Program-made: the position numbers and the translations under genes
Part shown: positions 27,008-40,948 of the stretch, piece after piece
Position numbering within the stretch: the stretch's first letter is position 1
Layout of the letters: each line of letters starts with the position of its first letter
Notes under the pieces: generated by a model
What the model was told of the DNA's origin: nothing
The model's database searches: none
Seen by the model: the letters and a program-made list of their open reading frames with translations, nothing else
NCBI GenBank assembly: GCA_951406725.2
Contig: OX597824.1
Location: 496,001-560,000 of the forward strand
Length of the DNA: 64,000 bases
Direction of reading: 5' to 3'
Origin: Octopus vulgaris
Taxonomy: Eukaryota

Positions 27008-28398
27008 GTATGTTATTTTATATATTTCTTACAATTTCTTGAAGTGCAAGCAGTTGTTTATAGGCAGAGGTCAAAAGGTGTGGTTTATATACGCGCACGC
27101 GTGTGTGTGCACTGTAGCAGACAGATATCAACCATCTAGCATTCAGATTCCTATCATCATCATCATCATCATCCTAATGATCATTGTTTAACGTCTACTT
27201 TCAATGCTGGCATGGGTTGGATGGTTTGACATGGAACTGGTCAGCCAGAGAGCTGTCCAGACTGCGACCATCTGTTGTGGCAGGATTTCTACAGTTGGAT
27301 CCCCTTCTTAACACCTCCATCAAATATAATCCTTAATCTTTATTTATAATCAATAATCTGTAATCTTTATTTACATTGCCTTGAATTAATCATGCAGCAT
27401 CGCAAAGCTTTGAGATTTCTTTGTGATTGTTTATCTTTAGAATAACATTGTCGGGTAAGTGTGATAGGCTTGATCTATTCTATTTGAACTTAAAACAAGT
27501 AGAATATTTGGCCCAGGTATATTTGGTTTAAATGCTAAAGAGATAAGGATCAGATGGGACCAGTAGAGTTGTTACTGATGAGCCCTATGTCAATCCCGGT
27601 TGAGTAGACCAGTACTCCACAAGCTTTTTTCACTTGTGGTACACCTGTATTCTTTTCAAAATTTGGTGGAACACCTGAATTAAAAATATAACCAGCAGTG
27701 AGAGGGAGGAATTTCTTTTCAATTAGGGATATTTTTTTAGTATTTATTTAGTTTTTTACCATTGTATAGCTACTGGTATGAGACATGAGTTCAAGAGTGG
27801 TGACTTCTTTTAGGACGGAGAAAATAATAAATATGCATAAATGACAGAGAAATGTCTGATGAAATTTAATTTAACAAGAAAATTCTAATTCTACTGGATT
27901 ACTTGAATTCATATATTGTGACTAAAATTTATATATGCACACACACGCACCTATACATACATATCTGATGGAATTTCAGTTTGTCTGTGAAATCTATTCA
28001 TAAAGTTTTGGTCAGTTCAGGGATTATAGAAGACATTTGCTTGAGGTGCAGTAAAAGTGAACTCAAAACCACATATTTGTAAAGCAAGTTTCTCAACCAC
28101 ACTCCCATACTTGCCCCTGCATACATCTCCCTTAGCAGATTGGCAATTAATTTTGTTCAACTAAGACTTCAAGAGTTCACTCCCTTGCCCTTATCAAAAG
28201 CAACTTTCATTATTGCTAATGACTTCTTCTCGTTATATGTATAATTCTAATTGATTAAAATTTATTCTCAATTCACCAACGTACATATTACAGCCTGCAC
28301 TTAACTCTATGTTAATGATGCAGAAGGTACCTTTGAGAAATTTCCAATGTTATTGTATATATGTTTCTTTTTATCCTCTTCATCATTTTGCTTTGTAG

Positions 28399-28506
28399 GA
28401 TCAAAAGTTGGTAAGATCAACTCCATTACACTAAATGATTGTCAAAAACTTCCATGTGTTGTAAAGAAAGGAACATTTGCCAACTTCACAGTCAATTTCA
28501 CTCCCA
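28399..28506 (+). CDS. NPC2: NPC2-like, exon 2 (GSKVGKINSITLNDCQKLPCVVKKGTFANFTVNFTP)
   Basis: ML-domain C-x4-C-x-x-K-K-G motif; ag/gtgagt borders; phases consistent. Confidence 0.9.
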
Positions 28507-28891
28507 GTGAGTACGCAGCATTTTTCTTTCCATCAACCTTCATTGAAAGTCCCAAACCAAACTGTTGCTGTTATTTCTACAAGCTTCTTATCCATGTATC
28601 ATTGTTTTAATGTTATTTCTCCATGCTTGCATGGATCAGACCAAACTCCTTCAGCTGGAAGCCTCCCCTGCTTCCCTCCAAGTAAGATAGCATTTACTAA
28701 TGGTCAGGCATGTCGTCATGGAAGATTAGAAATTAACGATACCATTTCTATGGGGATGCTCATTTACATCTATTGCACAATCTGAAGACAGTCACACACA
28801 CACACACACATATATATATACACATGTGATGAGCTTCGTTCAGTTTCCTTCTATCAAATCCACTCATTAGGCTTCAGTTTGTCCCTTACTA

Positions 28892-29686
28892 CAGATTAGG
28901 TGTGAATTTTAGGACCACAAACATGGGAGAGGAGTGTGTAAAAGGTATACCTGCAAGTTCAAATTTTATAAAGTAATTAATCAGGGTTCAATCACTGTTT
29001 TTAGTGATGGCCCACTTTGGATTTTTGAAAAAAAAAAATCTTTTATATAAAAATATTTTGATCCTTACTGTTTTCTTCATTGGCAAAGCTTACACAAGTG
29101 AAAATTAAACAAATCATGATAGAAAAGACTGTCTAGAAGTCATTACCTGCTTAATGGCCCACAAACGCATTCATCATTCTCACCACTGTTTTCACATCCA
29201 TTTTTCCATGATTCCATGGACCAGTTGGAATTTGCTGCAGCAGACTATACAGCTGGGTGCTCTTACTGCTGTCAACATTCACCTGTTTCCAAGCAAAGTA
29301 TTATTTTCCCGTGAATACTGTATGTTAACCCCTACACACAGCATTCACAAATTAAGCTAACACCGTGGCAGACAGCGTAGTTTGCATTTTTGAGCTTTTG
29401 CCAGATTGTCGTAAGTAATTAAATACTATCTGTTTTATGCATAAAATAACATAAATCAGAAATGAAATGACATACTAAAACTTTATCTGTGAATTAAATA
29501 AAAAAATAAACACATATTTCCTATTCTATTGATGTGGGGGGACAAAAAGTAATAAGGTGTCCTTGGACGGTTCCATGGTTTGCTGAAAGCTCCTTGGAGA
29601 AGGCATGGCCAGCTGCTTTCCCCAATGAATAGCATGGATCAACAGCTAACAAAGCAGTCAAATGTGTGAATTTCACACCTGATCTG
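28892..29686. mobile_element. Non-autonomous DNA transposon (TIR CAGATYAGGTGTGAA)
   Basis: Inverted ends CAGATTAGGTGTGAA / TTCACACCTGATCTG; no coding capacity seen. Confidence 0.5.
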
Positions 29687-30717
29687 TTTAATTTCTTAGA
29701 AATTAACCCGTCTATGGATGATGTCAGCTAACAAACGCTTACCTCAGGTATGGTTTTCGATCACAAGTAATGGATGAACATCCTGCCGTGAAGACATGGA
29801 GGTGACCTTGTGTTTGTTTATTGGACGACTACTTGAGACTCCGAACAAATAACACTATTGCAGTATAATGCAGAATGCTGTGTGACTTTCACCAGAGAAT
29901 GTAAAAATATAAAACAAAAGCTAGGTAGGCGGACTTACAATCGGTCAGCTGGAACCAACTGTGGTAAGTCAACGACAACCTGTATATATATATATATATA
30001 TATTAGTAACAACATATATTTAATTATAGAAAAATAAACTTGCTGAGTCCATTGATTGGCTGGGGGAGGTGGGGAAGTATATGTGAAATAATATCGACTT
30101 ACAATATGCCTGAAAAAAAAAAAAATATAGATTGTTGGTCACAACTGGTTCACCTTTGATCTTTGGTTTATTGCATAACTATTAACCTAAACATACCACA
30201 GCTAGCACAATCACTAACCAATACCATTATCCAAAAGTAATGAATATTATTTAGGAAGGAAGAAGAATCTACCAGCTGAAAGATGCTTCTTTCATTTCCT
30301 TTTTTTATTTAATAATTCCAATATAGATTATTTTTTAAAAATAATAATAATAAAACAAATGAAATAATCTGCTGAAATTACTATAGCCAGTTTCAACACC
30401 CACAGACACACATGAGGTGTTTTTTTTTGTTTTAGAATCAAGAATGGGACACAAGTATAAGATTTTGGTAAAAAAAAATGATTTTTTATAAAAAATTAAG
30501 AATTGGGTGCATGAAAGATTTTGGTAAAAAACAGAAAAAGATGTTTTTTTTAAATTTAAGAATGGGACAAATCTTCTGTAAACAGGTATGCTTCTTATAA
30601 TTTGAAATTGTGACAGAAAGTAAAAGACATGATGGTCATAAGTAGAATGTCTTTGATTAGTGATGAAGAACAACTAAATTAAAAATTTTAAAAAAAATCT
30701 ATTATTTTCTTATTCAG

Positions 30718-30896
30718 ACAAAGACATATCTGCAATCAAGATTGAAGTCTGGGGAAAAATCTCCCCATTGCCTCCAGTTCCTTTTAATCCAGGCAGCCCA
30801 GATGGATGTAAAAATAGCAGTTTGAAGTGTCCTTTGAAGGCCAACACCCCTGTTTCATTCAAAAATCACCTGGAAGTGAAAAAGATGTACCCTACA
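30718..30896 (+). CDS. NPC2: NPC2-like, exon 3 (...PVPFNPGSPDGCKNSSLKCPLKANTPVSFKNHLEVKKMYPT)
   Basis: PDGCK...CPL...YP motif of NPC2; ttcag/gtaagt borders. Confidence 0.92.
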
Positions 30897-33392
30897 GTAA
30901 GTTTGAAATGAATTACTTTGCAGATGGTTTATGAGAAATCGATTTTCGAAGGAATATGAAGAGGATGCCTCCCTCTCCTCTTACGCCTGGAGAACTCTGC
31001 TTATGTAAAAGTATCATTGCACAATAAGCATAAGCAGTACTGTGTGGTGGCAGAGTTTCAAACCCACTCCATGGTACTGCGTCTTCTATTATATCTCGGG
31101 GTCAACCAAAAAATCTTTTAAGTGAATTTCACAGATAGGGATCGACAGAAATTCATTGTATGTGCGTGTATAGGCATGCATCATTTCCCCTCTCCATTTG
31201 TCTTATTGTAAAAGAGTATCACTGTTATGCAAGCAGCAGCATTTGTTTCTAATCTTGGAGACAGGTGGGAGTCGGCAGAAAGGATGAGCATCTTGTTGTA
31301 GAGAAATCTGCCCTCAACAAATTCTGTCTGATCTGCGTAAACATGGGAAAGTGGCCATTAAAATAATGATTACATACACAAATATATCATCATCATCAGT
31401 TTAACGAATGTCTACTTTTCAATGCTTGCATAAATTGAGCAGAACTCTCTTCAGCCAGATTCTCTACGGCTGGATACCTTTACTGTCACCAACTCTCACC
31501 ATTTCCAAGCAAGGTGATGTTTCTTCATGAACAGATGTTTTCACAGAAGATTGTAAATGAACGACACTGCTTGTGCAACAGTGACACTCATTTACAACTA
31601 CCACATAATGTCGAGGGAAAGAGGCAGTTACACACACATATGTATACAATGGGCTTCCTTCAGTTTCTGTCTACCAAATCCACTCACAAGACTTTTGGTT
31701 GGACTAGGGCTACAGTAGACACTTGCCCAAGATGCCAAGCAGTGGGACTAAACCTGAAACCATGTGGTCAGGAGGTAAACTTTGTATTGTACACTCATAG
31801 GTGTGTGTGTGTGTGTGCGAGTGGGTGTTGAGGTATGTCTTCAAACTGACAGGCGGCGATCTGGCAGAAATGTTAGCATGCCGTGCGAAATGCATAGCCA
31901 TATTTCGTCTGCTGTTACGTTCTGAGTTCAAATTCCGCCAAGGTCGACTTTGCCTTTCATCCTTTCGGGGTCAATTAAATAAGTACCAGTTACGCACTGG
32001 ATTGATATAATCGACTTAATCTGTTTGTCTCCTCTGTGTTTAGCCCCTTGTGGATAGTAAAGAAATAGGTATTTCGTCTGACGCTATGTTCTGAGTTCAA
32101 ATTCCACTGAGGTCGATTAAATAAGTACCAGTTACACACTGGGGTCGATATAATTGACCTAATCCGTTTGTCTGTCCTCTCTGTGTTTAGCCCTTGTGGG
32201 TAGTAAAGAAATAGGTGTCTTCAAACTGACAGGTTTCAAATAATAGTGTTCACTTGATTCTCTCTGCAGACAATATTTCCTGTAGCTCAGTAGTTTTGTT
32301 GGTTTCACTTTGTGAAGACCAAATGAATAAAATTCTAAAAAAAAAAACAAGTGTAGGAAACTGGAAGCGCATCTGACTGTATTGCCTCAATGTCTTTCAG
32401 CATGGAAAAGGTAGACTTAAAACCAATGATGGTCTTTCCACTGAAATCCACAATCTGCTGAGCCAATGCTTAGTTCCAGTTTCCATAGCATTTAGCAGAC
32501 ATCAGCTTGGTAGAACTAAACTTCTCCCTGGCAGAATTAAACTGACCACTGTAAGCCATTGAAACACACAGTCAACTTCATAGTGCTGCCACAGTGATGA
32601 TACTATGAGAGGGTCACTAAGTGTTTGTTTGACCAGCAAGAAATACAGCCAAAAATCTTTCTCAACAACCAGCTCTCTTAGAAAAAGTATGATCCTTGAT
32701 ACACTGGATCCGAAAAAGAAAAGATGAAATTGTTACAGCTGGAATATCTTTTGACCACAAGCCTTCTTGACCAAAGCTGTCCTGGGCCTAAACCACAGCA
32801 ATAACTTGATTCTACTCTGTGGTCCTAGTTTGCAATTAAGCAGGTTGGATTAATTGAGAAGTAAAATTTCTTGGTCAAAACTTTAGCTCTGAGACTATGT
32901 GATGCCACAAACCTTTCATCTGGATGCCTGATATTTTAATGATGGTTAACCCCACTCACTCCACATCATTATTTAGAATTTGGTTGGAATGAGCTAATTA
33001 TGAGTGTAGTTATGGCAATATGGTGAAGAAATTCATTTCATGGTTATTTGCTTTTGAATTCATTCCTACAATTCAACACCTTGAGCAAGTGTCTTTTACC
33101 ATAGCACTGTGAGTGAAATTTTGTACTTGGAAACTGTGAAAAGCCATTCTCTCATATGATAAAGTAAACCCATCACCCAGTTTAATGTTGTAACCTGGTC
33201 TTCAGTGATCTTTAGCAAAGTTTCCAGTACAAGGATAACTTTGTATCACCAGCCTCAGGCATCCAGTGTCGACGATGCTACAACAACCTCTTCTCGTGGC
33301 TAAACCCCAACAAACATTATTCTCTTTAAGTGCATTCTGTTGACTCCCAATAAGTGACAACTTGTAAATATCTAAATATTTCTCCTTTCTAG

Positions 33393-33479
33393 GTTTCGGT
33401 CATCAACCGCTGGCAACTGACAAACGAGAAGAAAGAGAAGATCATTTGTTTTGACATCAGTCTAAGGATTGTCGATTAA
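33393..33479 (+). CDS. NPC2: NPC2-like, last exon (VSVINRWQLTNEKKEKIICFDISLRIVD*)
   Basis: WxL...CF C-terminal motif; TAA at 33477-33479; total protein 149 aa. Confidence 0.9.
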   Translation, partial: VSVINRWQLTNEKKEKIICFDISLRIVD

Positions 33480-33555
33480 TTTGGTTTTCTTTCATTTATA
33501 TTTTGCTTCCACGCACAAAAGATCTGTTTTGTATTTTTTGTTTGTTTGAATGGGA

Positions 33556-33581
33556 AATAAATCCATTTAAATACAAATAAA
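33556..33581 (+). terminator. Polyadenylation signals (two AATAAA) of the NPC2-like gene
   Basis: AATAAA at 33556 and 33576, 77-97 nt after the stop codon. Confidence 0.6.
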
Positions 33582-34429
33582 TATTTCAAAATATTCTTCA
33601 TAACATTTTCGAATTACTTTGCAGCAGTTTTTCTGGTTCTGCATGGGTTGAATGTTGCTGTAAATTTTAAGTTTTTTGGATAAACTGGAGCATGAAACAG
33701 TATCTCGTACAACAAACCAGCCTGCTTTATAAAGGGGAGCCTTTGCATTGTTGCTCAGCTTGGGTTAAAAGGTTAGAAATAGCAGCTAATTTCCATATAT
33801 TGTCTGAAGGCATTCCTACCAGTTTAAAATAAAACGACCGAGTACACTCTGTAGAGTGGCTGGTATTAGGAAGGGCATCCAGTCATAGATAGCATGCCAG
33901 GTTCAGTCCCATGGTGTGGCAACCTGACCAAATGTCTACAATTATAGCCCCAGGCTGACCAAATCCCTGTAAGAGGACTTGGTAGATGGAAACTGAAAGA
34001 AGCCTGCTGAGTGAGTGTTTTGTCTCCTTGCTTTGACATTACTTGATGTTTGTTGAACAAGTGTAACCAACATGCAAGTTTTCAATCTTCCATGTCTGTG
34101 AATGGAGAAATATTGCCTGGCCTGGAAAGAGATGTGAGTTGGCGAAAGAAAGGGCAACTGGCTGTAAAAAAGAACTGCATCAACAAGATTCCATCCAATC
34201 CATGCATGCATGGGAAAACAGACATTATGATGATGATGATGATGATGGAACCTGAAATACTTTCAACTCCTCTCAAAATTCCACAAGATTCTGAAGTAAT
34301 ATTAAAAAACACAACAAGAAATAAATATATAAATAAATAAATAAATGTATTTGAAAAATATATTTTATCTTTTTTTTTGTTTTTGTCTTTTGAACTTCTT
34401 AATAGTCTTAATTAACAAGCCATGTTTAA

Positions 34430-34676
34430 TTAAGGTTCAGTTACAAACATGTGTACTGGCTTAGGTGAGTGTATCATCAAAGAGCTTCTGTTGGTTCCAA
34501 CCACGGCCGCCAGCCTTTGTACATCATACTTGCTGTAGAGGATACTCCCTGTTGCATCATCTTTTGGTAAGTTCTTAAGTTTCACATCATTTATCAGGTT
34601 ACAAATTTCACTGAAGAAGTGCGGATACAATGGCAGTTCATAGAATATAATGTGACGAATGCCTCGTAATCTTGTT
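34430..34676 (-). CDS. UTP25: UTP25/DIEXF U3 snoRNP-associated protein, last exon
   Basis: RLRGIRHIIFYELPLYPHFFSE...LYSKYDVQRLAAVVG conserved C-terminus; acceptor ttccag; stop at 34430. Confidence 0.95.
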
Positions 34677-35242
34677 CTGGAAAAAAGAGAGAAAATAATG
34701 TTTGTAATACAAGAGCCTCAATGATTTCTTGCATATATCTTCACCACCCACCCACACCCACACCAAGGGTGGGAGGAAACAGAAACAAGTGACCCAGCAC
34801 CAATGTATACCAAAGGGATTCTAAAAAAATTCATTTCTATCAATGTTTTTTTTTTGTTTTGCCCATTGAGCACGATCGTATCCCAGTTGAATCCCATTTC
34901 CGTTCCTGCTAAAAATTCTGTCTTTCCTAAGTTTATTTTGGAGTTTCTCGATTCTATGTTTAGTATTTCTTCACTAAATCAATGGATTCAGCTTGGAGAA
35001 TTAGGCTATGGGCTTGGCTCCAGCCCCCCCCCCCCCATGAAGAATGAAGAAGGGTGGTGGCAACCAATACCGGATGGACACCAGGTTGAAAGCCATGAGA
35101 CCCAGTTAAAGACAGGGTTTGAAGTTAAGGACATGAGACCCAGTTAAAGACAGGGTTTGAAGTTAAGGACAGGATGACACCCAATAAAGTTTACAATACC
35201 AATGTATAAAAAGGAGATTAAATGGAAAGAGAATGAAAATAC

Positions 35243-35341
35243 CTAAAATAGAAATGGTGCCTTTCTGTGTAAAGCAAAAAATTTGTTTTCCCAAGAAAGA
35301 ACCGACTCCTTGTACCAGCAATATCTTTACGTTTGGAATAT
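35243..35341 (-). CDS. UTP25: UTP25 exon (YSKRKDIAGTRSRFFLGKTNFLLYTERHHFYF)
   Basis: LLYTERxHFY motif; canonical splice sites, phase 2/2. Confidence 0.93.
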
Positions 35342-36514
35342 CTGGAAGAGAATAAATTATAATACATTACTGGAAGAGAATAAATTATAATACATTACTG
35401 AGGCAATTCAAGCTCATTGTTGCCATTTAATAGTCAAGACTTTTTATATAGGAATTTGCTTGATGGTGATGTCTAAAAAAGACGTGTGTGTGTGTGTGTG
35501 TGTGATCCAAATAAGAAGACAAAGAAAGAGCCCAGCACATCTTTAAGGACCAGTTAGGATTGTTTTGGGACTTCTGCTTTTAACACTATTGCATACAAAA
35601 CGTTCCACAATATTAGAGTTGTGCTTCATTCGACTGGTGCCAATAGGCACACACTTACTTAGTGTGATTGCCAAACATTGAATGTTGCTTATAAAGGGAA
35701 GAAATAATTAGAATAAAATAAAAATGGTGAAATCAGGCAAAAACAGAATTAGAAGAAGAATGTTTAAAACCAAAAAACATTAAGTAACGTTTCACTTGGA
35801 ACTTTTGCATAGGATGGCATTAATCTTACTTGGATTATACTTTAATCTTTGCTAGACTCACAAATTGGATTTACTGGTGTGATATCGAAATTTCTGAGAG
35901 TCTGGCTCAAGAGTCCAGAGTACCAGTTGAATGGTGCATTAGAGGTACTCTGGTTTTCTACCCTTTCAGGACCATGACACACATTATATAAGGCACAGGC
36001 ATGGCTGTGTGCTTCCCAACCACTGGGATTCAGGTTCAGTCCCACTGAGTGGCACCTTGGGCAAATACACATATACATGCATTACTGGCCCCCGTGCCGG
36101 TGGCACGTAAAAAGCACCCACTACACTCTCGGAGTGGTTGGCATTAGGAAGGGCATCCAGCTGTAGAAACTCTGCCAGATCAAGATTGGGGCCTGGTGCA
36201 GCCATCTGGTTCGCCAGCCCTCAGTCAAAATCGTCCAACCCATGCTAGCATGGAAAGCGGACGCTAAACGATGAAGATGATGCATGTGTACTTCTATTTC
36301 ATTGTTGCAATACGACAGACTCCATCATACAAGCAATGTTGATTGCAATTTTCCATGAAAATACTTTTGGCCCAGGAGAAAAATATTACCTTGTTTGGAA
36401 TAGGTGAGAATTTGAGATGAGAAGAGCATTCAGTCGGAGAAAATCTGCCTGGCTGAATCTCGTGTGACCCAGTCAAGCGCGGAACATTAGAGAAATTCAT
36501 TTAGGTTTACTTAC

Positions 36515-36642
36515 TCACTGATCTGGAGAAAATCAATTTCATTTTTGATGAAATAATTTCTGATTCTGACAAAGTCAAAATAAGATGGAATGAAGATCAT
36601 GGTGCTGTTCATGTTGGAGACGCCTCGATACTTTGGTAAAAT
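36515..36642 (-). CDS. UTP25: UTP25 exon (ILPKYRG...TMIFIPSYFDFVRIRNYF)
   Basis: IPSYFDFVRxRN motif; aag acceptor, gtaagt donor. Confidence 0.93.
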
Positions 36643-37132
36643 CTTCACCAGAAAATAAATGTAAACATTTCAGTTGAATTCATTCTTTTAAAGTAAATAA
36701 TAATAATAACAACAGGAACCCCTACTTCTACCCACGACCATATAGATGTTATTGTTAAATAATATCTTAAAGCACTTTTAAGCACAACCAAGCATTTACT
36801 ATTACTGGGACTCCAGTCTGAACTTCATAATGCACACACACAATGTAAGCAAATGAAACAACAAGGCTCAAAATAAATATGTCTACATTTATTTGTAACA
36901 GAATATGAAAGGCATTCACAGTGAGACTTTGTCATGGAGAAAAATTTCTATAGACTCTGTGCAAAAACAGATTGAACTGAGCTATCAGACACAGTGTTTC
37001 TGTATAATTTTGCCTCTTCAGTGGCAGATATTGACAGAAAAGGCATCAGGTGGTAGAAACTGCATGAATAAGGCTTGTTCAACACACAGCAGCATGCAAA
37101 AAGTATAGCTAGAAACAACAATGACAACTCAC

Positions 37133-37204
37133 CTTTTTTATGAATGTATTAAAGCGAACGTCAACCGATTGACTGTAGCTTGAACACTCAATACGATGGA
37201 ATAT
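37133..37204 (-). CDS. UTP25: UTP25 exon (IFHRIECSSYSQSVDVRFNTFIKK)
   Basis: 72 bp, phase 0/0, DxRF motif, canonical sites. Confidence 0.88.
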
Positions 37205-38094
37205 CTAAAGAAAATATTTAATTGAATTAAAATGGCTGTAAATGAAATGAAAAATTAATCTTTAATTACTAAACACTACCTGATAATTGAAAATACAGAT
37301 TTAAATAAATACTTTACAGATGCTATTTAGCTCCAGGTGACCATTGCTGATTGAACAGATCTATGATGAAAGGAATTCCACCTGTGGCTATTCCATTTTA
37401 TTTTTCAGACAGTATATCTAAGACTATATTATCTAATCCATTTTTTTTTTAAGATGAAAGGGTATGATCTGAGGGATATTTGGCTCCTCTCTCTAGCAGG
37501 TCTAGAGACCACATACACATTCAGCCATTGACTCATATCCATAATCTGAATGTTGTTACTTAGACGCAAAATAAGCTGAATGAGTCAACACAGTGACTCC
37601 ATTATTGGCTCCGTACCAGGCTGATGAATGCTGCCTCGTAGTGAAACTGGTCAACAGAAACTGTAAAAACCCGTCTCTCATATATTTCATCACCACCATT
37701 ACAAATGTCATTGTTTTAATGTCTACCTTTTCATGGACCAGACAAGATCTTGTTGAGGCAGGAGGCCCTTCCTGATACAACTCTCACCTGTTTCGATGCA
37801 AAACAAAATTCCCATTCAATCAAACTATAAAACAGACCAGACACACTTTGGCTGAATTCTACAAACAACACTATTTGTCTGAGCAGTGTGGCTATTAATT
37901 ACAATCAACACAGTGGAAAGTGAGAGAGAGGAGACAGCTCCCTTGCAGACCAGGGGCTGGAGAATGTCAGTGAGTGACTTTACGCTGGACCTTTTTTGCA
38001 TGTAGTCTATGATTGCAGTGTGTGCAGCACCAGAATCCTAGATAGCAGCATTGGAGCTTTGTAGAGCATCAATAATTGTCAGGAGGCTGAAATT

Positions 38095-38132
<38 letters not shown>

Positions 38133-38135
<3 letters not shown>

Positions 38136-38966
38136 GGTGCAGTGAATAAACTGTTGTCTAAATTATGCAAAAATGAAAATAACACTGACATTTCATTTTA
38201 ACAGATACATTTGTCAAAATTACATAAAAACATCTTGAAATACTAAAGAGTAAATTCTTTCAATAAAATCGCCATTGGCTTCATCCACACCCTCCAGATG
38301 ACTTCAGAATCTACTGCAGCTCTTCTGGACGGTCTCCTTGTTTAAGTTGGTAAATGCTGCCATAATCCTTGCGTTCAGTTCATCTTTGGTGTCAAGGGGG
38401 TTGCAGTCTAGGGAGTTAGGTGTCCAGATGTTAGGAGTACTGAGGTCACAAAAATTGTCAGACAGCCAGTGAGTGATAATCTTAAGCATATTTTCCGACA
38501 GCTCGTGTGGCATGGTGCAGAGTCCGGTTGCCAGACATAGGGCCTTCCAGTAGCTACCCTCTTGATTCAGGGCAGCACTACCCACTACAGGCACTTGATG
38601 CAGGCTTCTGTGTTGAGTCTGAGGCCATGTGGGAAGATGAATGGAGGCATAACGTTGCCATCACTAAGGATCACCTCAAACACCGTGATGTTGACTGGAT
38701 GTTTGATTTTCATCACTCTCAGTACATGTCCTCAAATTGATACCTAAACACTCTGAAATGCTCTTATTGGAGCTTCCGGCTTGAATGCCAAGCAGTACAG
38801 CATGTCGTTTCCAAATTTCTGGCAGAGTGAATTGCATCATGGTATTGTTTTTTCTCAAAGACGGTGCCCAACTGACCCTACTATACTGTGTAGTTGATAC
38901 AACCAAAAACAAACAATGCATGAAATTAAGAATATAAAATGGCGACAATTTACCCATCGCACCCTG
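38133..38966 (-). mobile_element. Internally deleted Tc1/mariner-superfamily element
   Basis: TIRs CAGGGTGC...GCACCCTG flanked by TA; remnant WTPNSLDCNPLD (WPPxSPDLNPxD motif). Confidence 0.85.
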
Positions 38967-39348
38967 TATATTATATATATCTATATATAGGGTAAAGAGC
39001 CCTTTGTCATGAAAGACCATGGAATTGCACTTAGAAAGTTCCCGGCTGAGGCACAAGTCTGGGCAAGGTTGTTTATGGAAGACCACCAGTTGCCCAAACC
39101 AGCCTCCCCTTTCCAGGCCAGTGATGTCCAAAGGAAATGCAAAGGCCAATACAGCTTGGCACCATATCTATCGATCTTGGTGGTATGAATTTTGGGAAAT
39201 CATATAAGGATTCCATGACAAGTAATTTTGTTAGGTGCTGCTGCTTTCGATGTAAACCAAAATAAATAAGGAACAGATGACTACAGCCACAACATAAATT
39301 TACTTAATCAAGACAGACTTGACGTTAAACAATGACAACTGAAATACA

Positions 39349-39388
<40 letters not shown>

Positions 39389-39417
39389 GCAAAACAAAAA
39401 GAAGGCAACAAACTTAC

Positions 39418-39494
39418 CATTGGAATCTGAAGAGCTACTTGGCAGATGGATCCATCAGTCATTCCAGGACATAACATTAACTTACCAGCATAGT
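39418..39494 (-). CDS. UTP25: UTP25 exon (NYAGKLMLCPGMTDGSICQVALQIPM)
   Basis: NYAG and GSI motifs; phases match neighbours; follows the U12-type intron. Confidence 0.85.
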
Positions 39495-40388
39495 CTGGGT
39501 TGATTAAGTTACAGAAAATACTGAGAGCAAGAGAGAGATAAAGGAAAAAGAAGTAAAGCGAAACACAGAAGTCACCCTAATATTTCCCTCTGTGAGCTGA
39601 CATGGAGTCACATGACTTGCTAGAAATAGCAAACAAATTTGATTCATAAAAGGACAAATACATTGAAAAAGTATTTCTAAATCAAAGTGTCTTGGTTCTT
39701 TTGTTTCTGTTGATTTTATTTCAACTAATTTTGAAAATATGCCAAAGATTACCACTCACTCTTGCTTCTGTTCTCCTTCAGTTATAGGGGCTACTTTAAG
39801 GCCTTTAGCCTTACAAGCTATAAAGCATTCATCACGAGTGACGGTGCCATGAAAAATGCCCCAGGCACACATTGTAAAGTGGTTGGTGTTGGGGAGGGCA
39901 TCCAGTCATAAAAGCTGCACCAAAATAGATGCTGGCACACAATGCAGTCCTCTGTCAGGTTGAACCCCGTCTCACCATCCAACCGATGCCAACATGGAAG
40001 CTGGACATAAGACGATGAATTCAATAAAATAACTTTCCTATTAATCTTGTGTTTCATACGAAATTCTTCATGTCACAGAAAACCTAGACGAAGATGTCCA
40101 ACATGGATTTTATAAACACACACACACACACACATGCTCTCAGACTTTAGATGCACTAAGTTGAAAACAAACTGTTGTTAGGCTTATTGATGCTTATATT
40201 AAAAAAAAAGGTAAGAATGAAGCAGTGAAATACTTGCTTCAAAACTTCAAACGAAATGAGATCAAATTTGCAGATTTATAGCAAATAAAATATATTGAAA
40301 AGCAGAAAAGACATTTAAAAAAAAATAAAAACAAATTATATTTGTTGACAATGTTTCCCAATAATAATATATTCATTGAAAAGGATAC
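39495..40388 (-). other. U12-type (minor spliceosome) GT-AG intron in UTP25
   Basis: 5'SS GTATCCTTTT; branch-like ACTTAAT ~10 nt before CCCAG; no polypyrimidine tract next to the 3'SS. Confidence 0.85.
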
Positions 40389-40471
40389 TGAGAGAGTATT
40401 TATTAAAGAGTACGTTGATTAGTGGAGAACTGAGACTACTCAAAACCAAAGTCTGTCGATAATATTTGTTC
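40389..40471 (-). CDS. UTP25: UTP25 exon (NKYYRQTLVLSSLSSPLINVLFNKYSL)
   Basis: YYRQT motif; acceptor ttgcag; donor GTATCC. Confidence 0.9.
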
Positions 40472-40948
40472 CTGCAAATAAAAAGAAAGAAAAGAAAAAT
40501 CAAAGTCTCTCGATGGTATTTGGATTTAGCAGACCCATGGCCACTGCTGCTGCTGCTGGACAATTTTCAACTGTTAGTGGACATCCTGTGCCTTTTAGCA
40601 TTATACAGCTACGCGAGAAATGCTTTCTTGAGATGAATACCACAGATGTGTGGTTGCTTATTCGTGTAAGTCATACAGAATGCTAAATGTGTGTGTGTGT
40701 AACACCTTTCCTTGGCATCCTGTGATGGTTGTAAACGAGAAACACCATCATACAAGTGATGTTGTCAGTCTCCAGTCTTTAGTGAAAAACCATGTCTGGC
40801 CATGGAGAAAGAAATATTCCTTTGCTTGACAATTAGTCTGGTGAGGGGAAAGGCATCCAGCTGTAGAGAAGTCTCAACAAATTCCTCCGGACCCATGCAA
40901 GCAGCAAAAAGTGGATGTTAAAAGGAAGGTGATGATGAAATTTTAAGA

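Noticed and set aside
35097-35171. 38-bp direct tandem duplication in the last UTP25 intron
   Set aside because: Does not touch splice signals; ordinary slippage duplication.
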